A DNA stretch of 64,000 nt, from assembly GCA_934095865.1 (NCBI GenBank), contig CAKOKU010000003.1, forward strand, positions 38,593-102,592, written 5' to 3'. Below the pieces are notes generated by a model. It searched no databases, was not told the origin of the DNA, and saw only the letters and a list, made by a program, of their open reading frames with translations. Every line of letters begins with the position of its first letter. The first letter of the stretch is position 1. The translations under genes were made by a program, and so were the position numbers. This document shows, piece after piece, positions 63,278 to 64,000 of this stretch. The DNA is from an uncultured Bacilli bacterium. GTDB lineage: Bacteria > Bacillota_I > Bacilli_A > RF39 > UBA660.

Positions 63278-64000
63278 ATGATAGATATTCATAGTCATAT
63301 TTTACCTAATATAGATGATGGAGCTCGAGAACTTAGTGAATCTATTAACATTATAAAAAAAGCAGTATCTAATGGAGTAACTGATATTGTAGTTACTCCT
63401 CATTTTATATTAGGTAGTAGTTATAGTAGTAAAAAAAGTCAAAATAAAAAATTACTTGCTACATTAAAAAAAGAATTAAAAGATGTTCCTGTTAATTTAT
63501 ATCTAGGCAATGAAGTATTCGTTGATAATGATATGGTAAATATGCTAAAAAAAGGTGTTATTTCTACCATGAATGATAGTAGATATGTTCTATTTGAATT
63601 GCCAATGAATAATGAATTTAACGGAATAAAAAATTTGATTTTCGATTTAAAATTGAATGGGTATGTTCCAGTAATTGCTCATCCTGAAAGATACCGCTTT
63701 ATAAAAAAAGATCCGACAAAGATTTTAGAACTTATTGAAGCAGGGGCTTTGTTTCAGAGTAATATTGGTTCAGTTATGGGTAGATATGGTAAAGAAGCCA
63801 AAAAAACTCTGCTATTATTACTAAGACATCATGCTATAACTTTTATGGGTAGTGATACTCACCATTCGACTGATTCTTTTTATGATAATAAAAAAGAGTG
63901 TCAAAAAATATTAAGCAAAATAATTGATTCAGAGTATATTACTGCTTTATTTGAAGGAAATGCTAGAAAAGCTTTAAATGATGAATTTATAGATATAGAA
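63278..64000 (+). CDS. cpsB: PHP-family phosphotyrosine phosphatase (CpsB/YwqE type), 3' end beyond window
   Basis: 'MIDIHSHILPNIDDGA', 'VVTPHF', 'IAHPERY', 'GSDTHH'. Open to the window edge; not in the track because no stop is present. Confidence 0.9.
   Translation, partial: MIDIHSHILPNIDDGARELSESINIIKKAVSNGVTDIVVTPHFILGSSYSSKKSQNKKLLATLKKELKDVPVNLYLGNEVFVDNDMVNMLKKGVISTMNDSRYVLFELPMNNEFNGIKNLIFDLKLNGYVPVIAHPERYRFIKKDPTKILELIEAGALFQSNIGSVMGRYGKEAKKTLLLLLRHHAITFMGSDTHHSTDSFYDNKKECQKILSKIIDSEYITALFEGNARKALNDEFIDIE

Overview
AT-rich Firmicutes-type chromosomal segment in four blocks. (1) 1-~33.29 kb is the right ~33 kb of a siphovirus-type temperate prophage, almost all on the + strand. Gene order: Cro-like regulator, DnaD-type replication protein, SpoVG and MazG homologues, ParB-methyltransferase, an internal tyrosine recombinase, late activator, HNH + P27 terS + terL, portal, ClpP protease, HK97 capsid, connectors, major tail, G/GT chaperone, tape measure, Dit, Tal, two fibre/host-range proteins, a DGR-type reverse transcriptase, holin, CHAP/CW_7 endolysin and a leftward moron cassette. 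Its integrase and repressor end lies outside the window. (2) The prophage abuts a 5'-truncated comEC, followed by conserved core genes holA-yqeG-yqeH-mutL-miaA, a P-loop kinase, a short alaS, and a T-box (Asp specifier) leader ahead of aspS-asnS. (3) 44.5-50.1 kb is a small accessory stretch: a MerR-controlled operon encoding a Cys-rich membrane protein, MerR and a soluble VirD4/TraG-like ATPase; then HIT, a 382-aa orphan, and a possible HEPN-motif protein. (4) 48.7-64.0 kb is a Wzx/Wzy-type capsule/EPS locus: priming transferase, 3 GT2, TupA-like ATP-grasp, GT4, wzx, wzy, ugd, an embedded sortase/substrate/VanZ module, and cpsC-cpsD-cpsB. The most unusual item is the DGR-clade reverse transcriptase directly behind a tail fibre with a C-type-lectin-like, NAY-codon-rich C-terminus. 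It has no Avd gene, and I could find no template repeat by eye. No rRNA, tRNA or CRISPR array was recognised.
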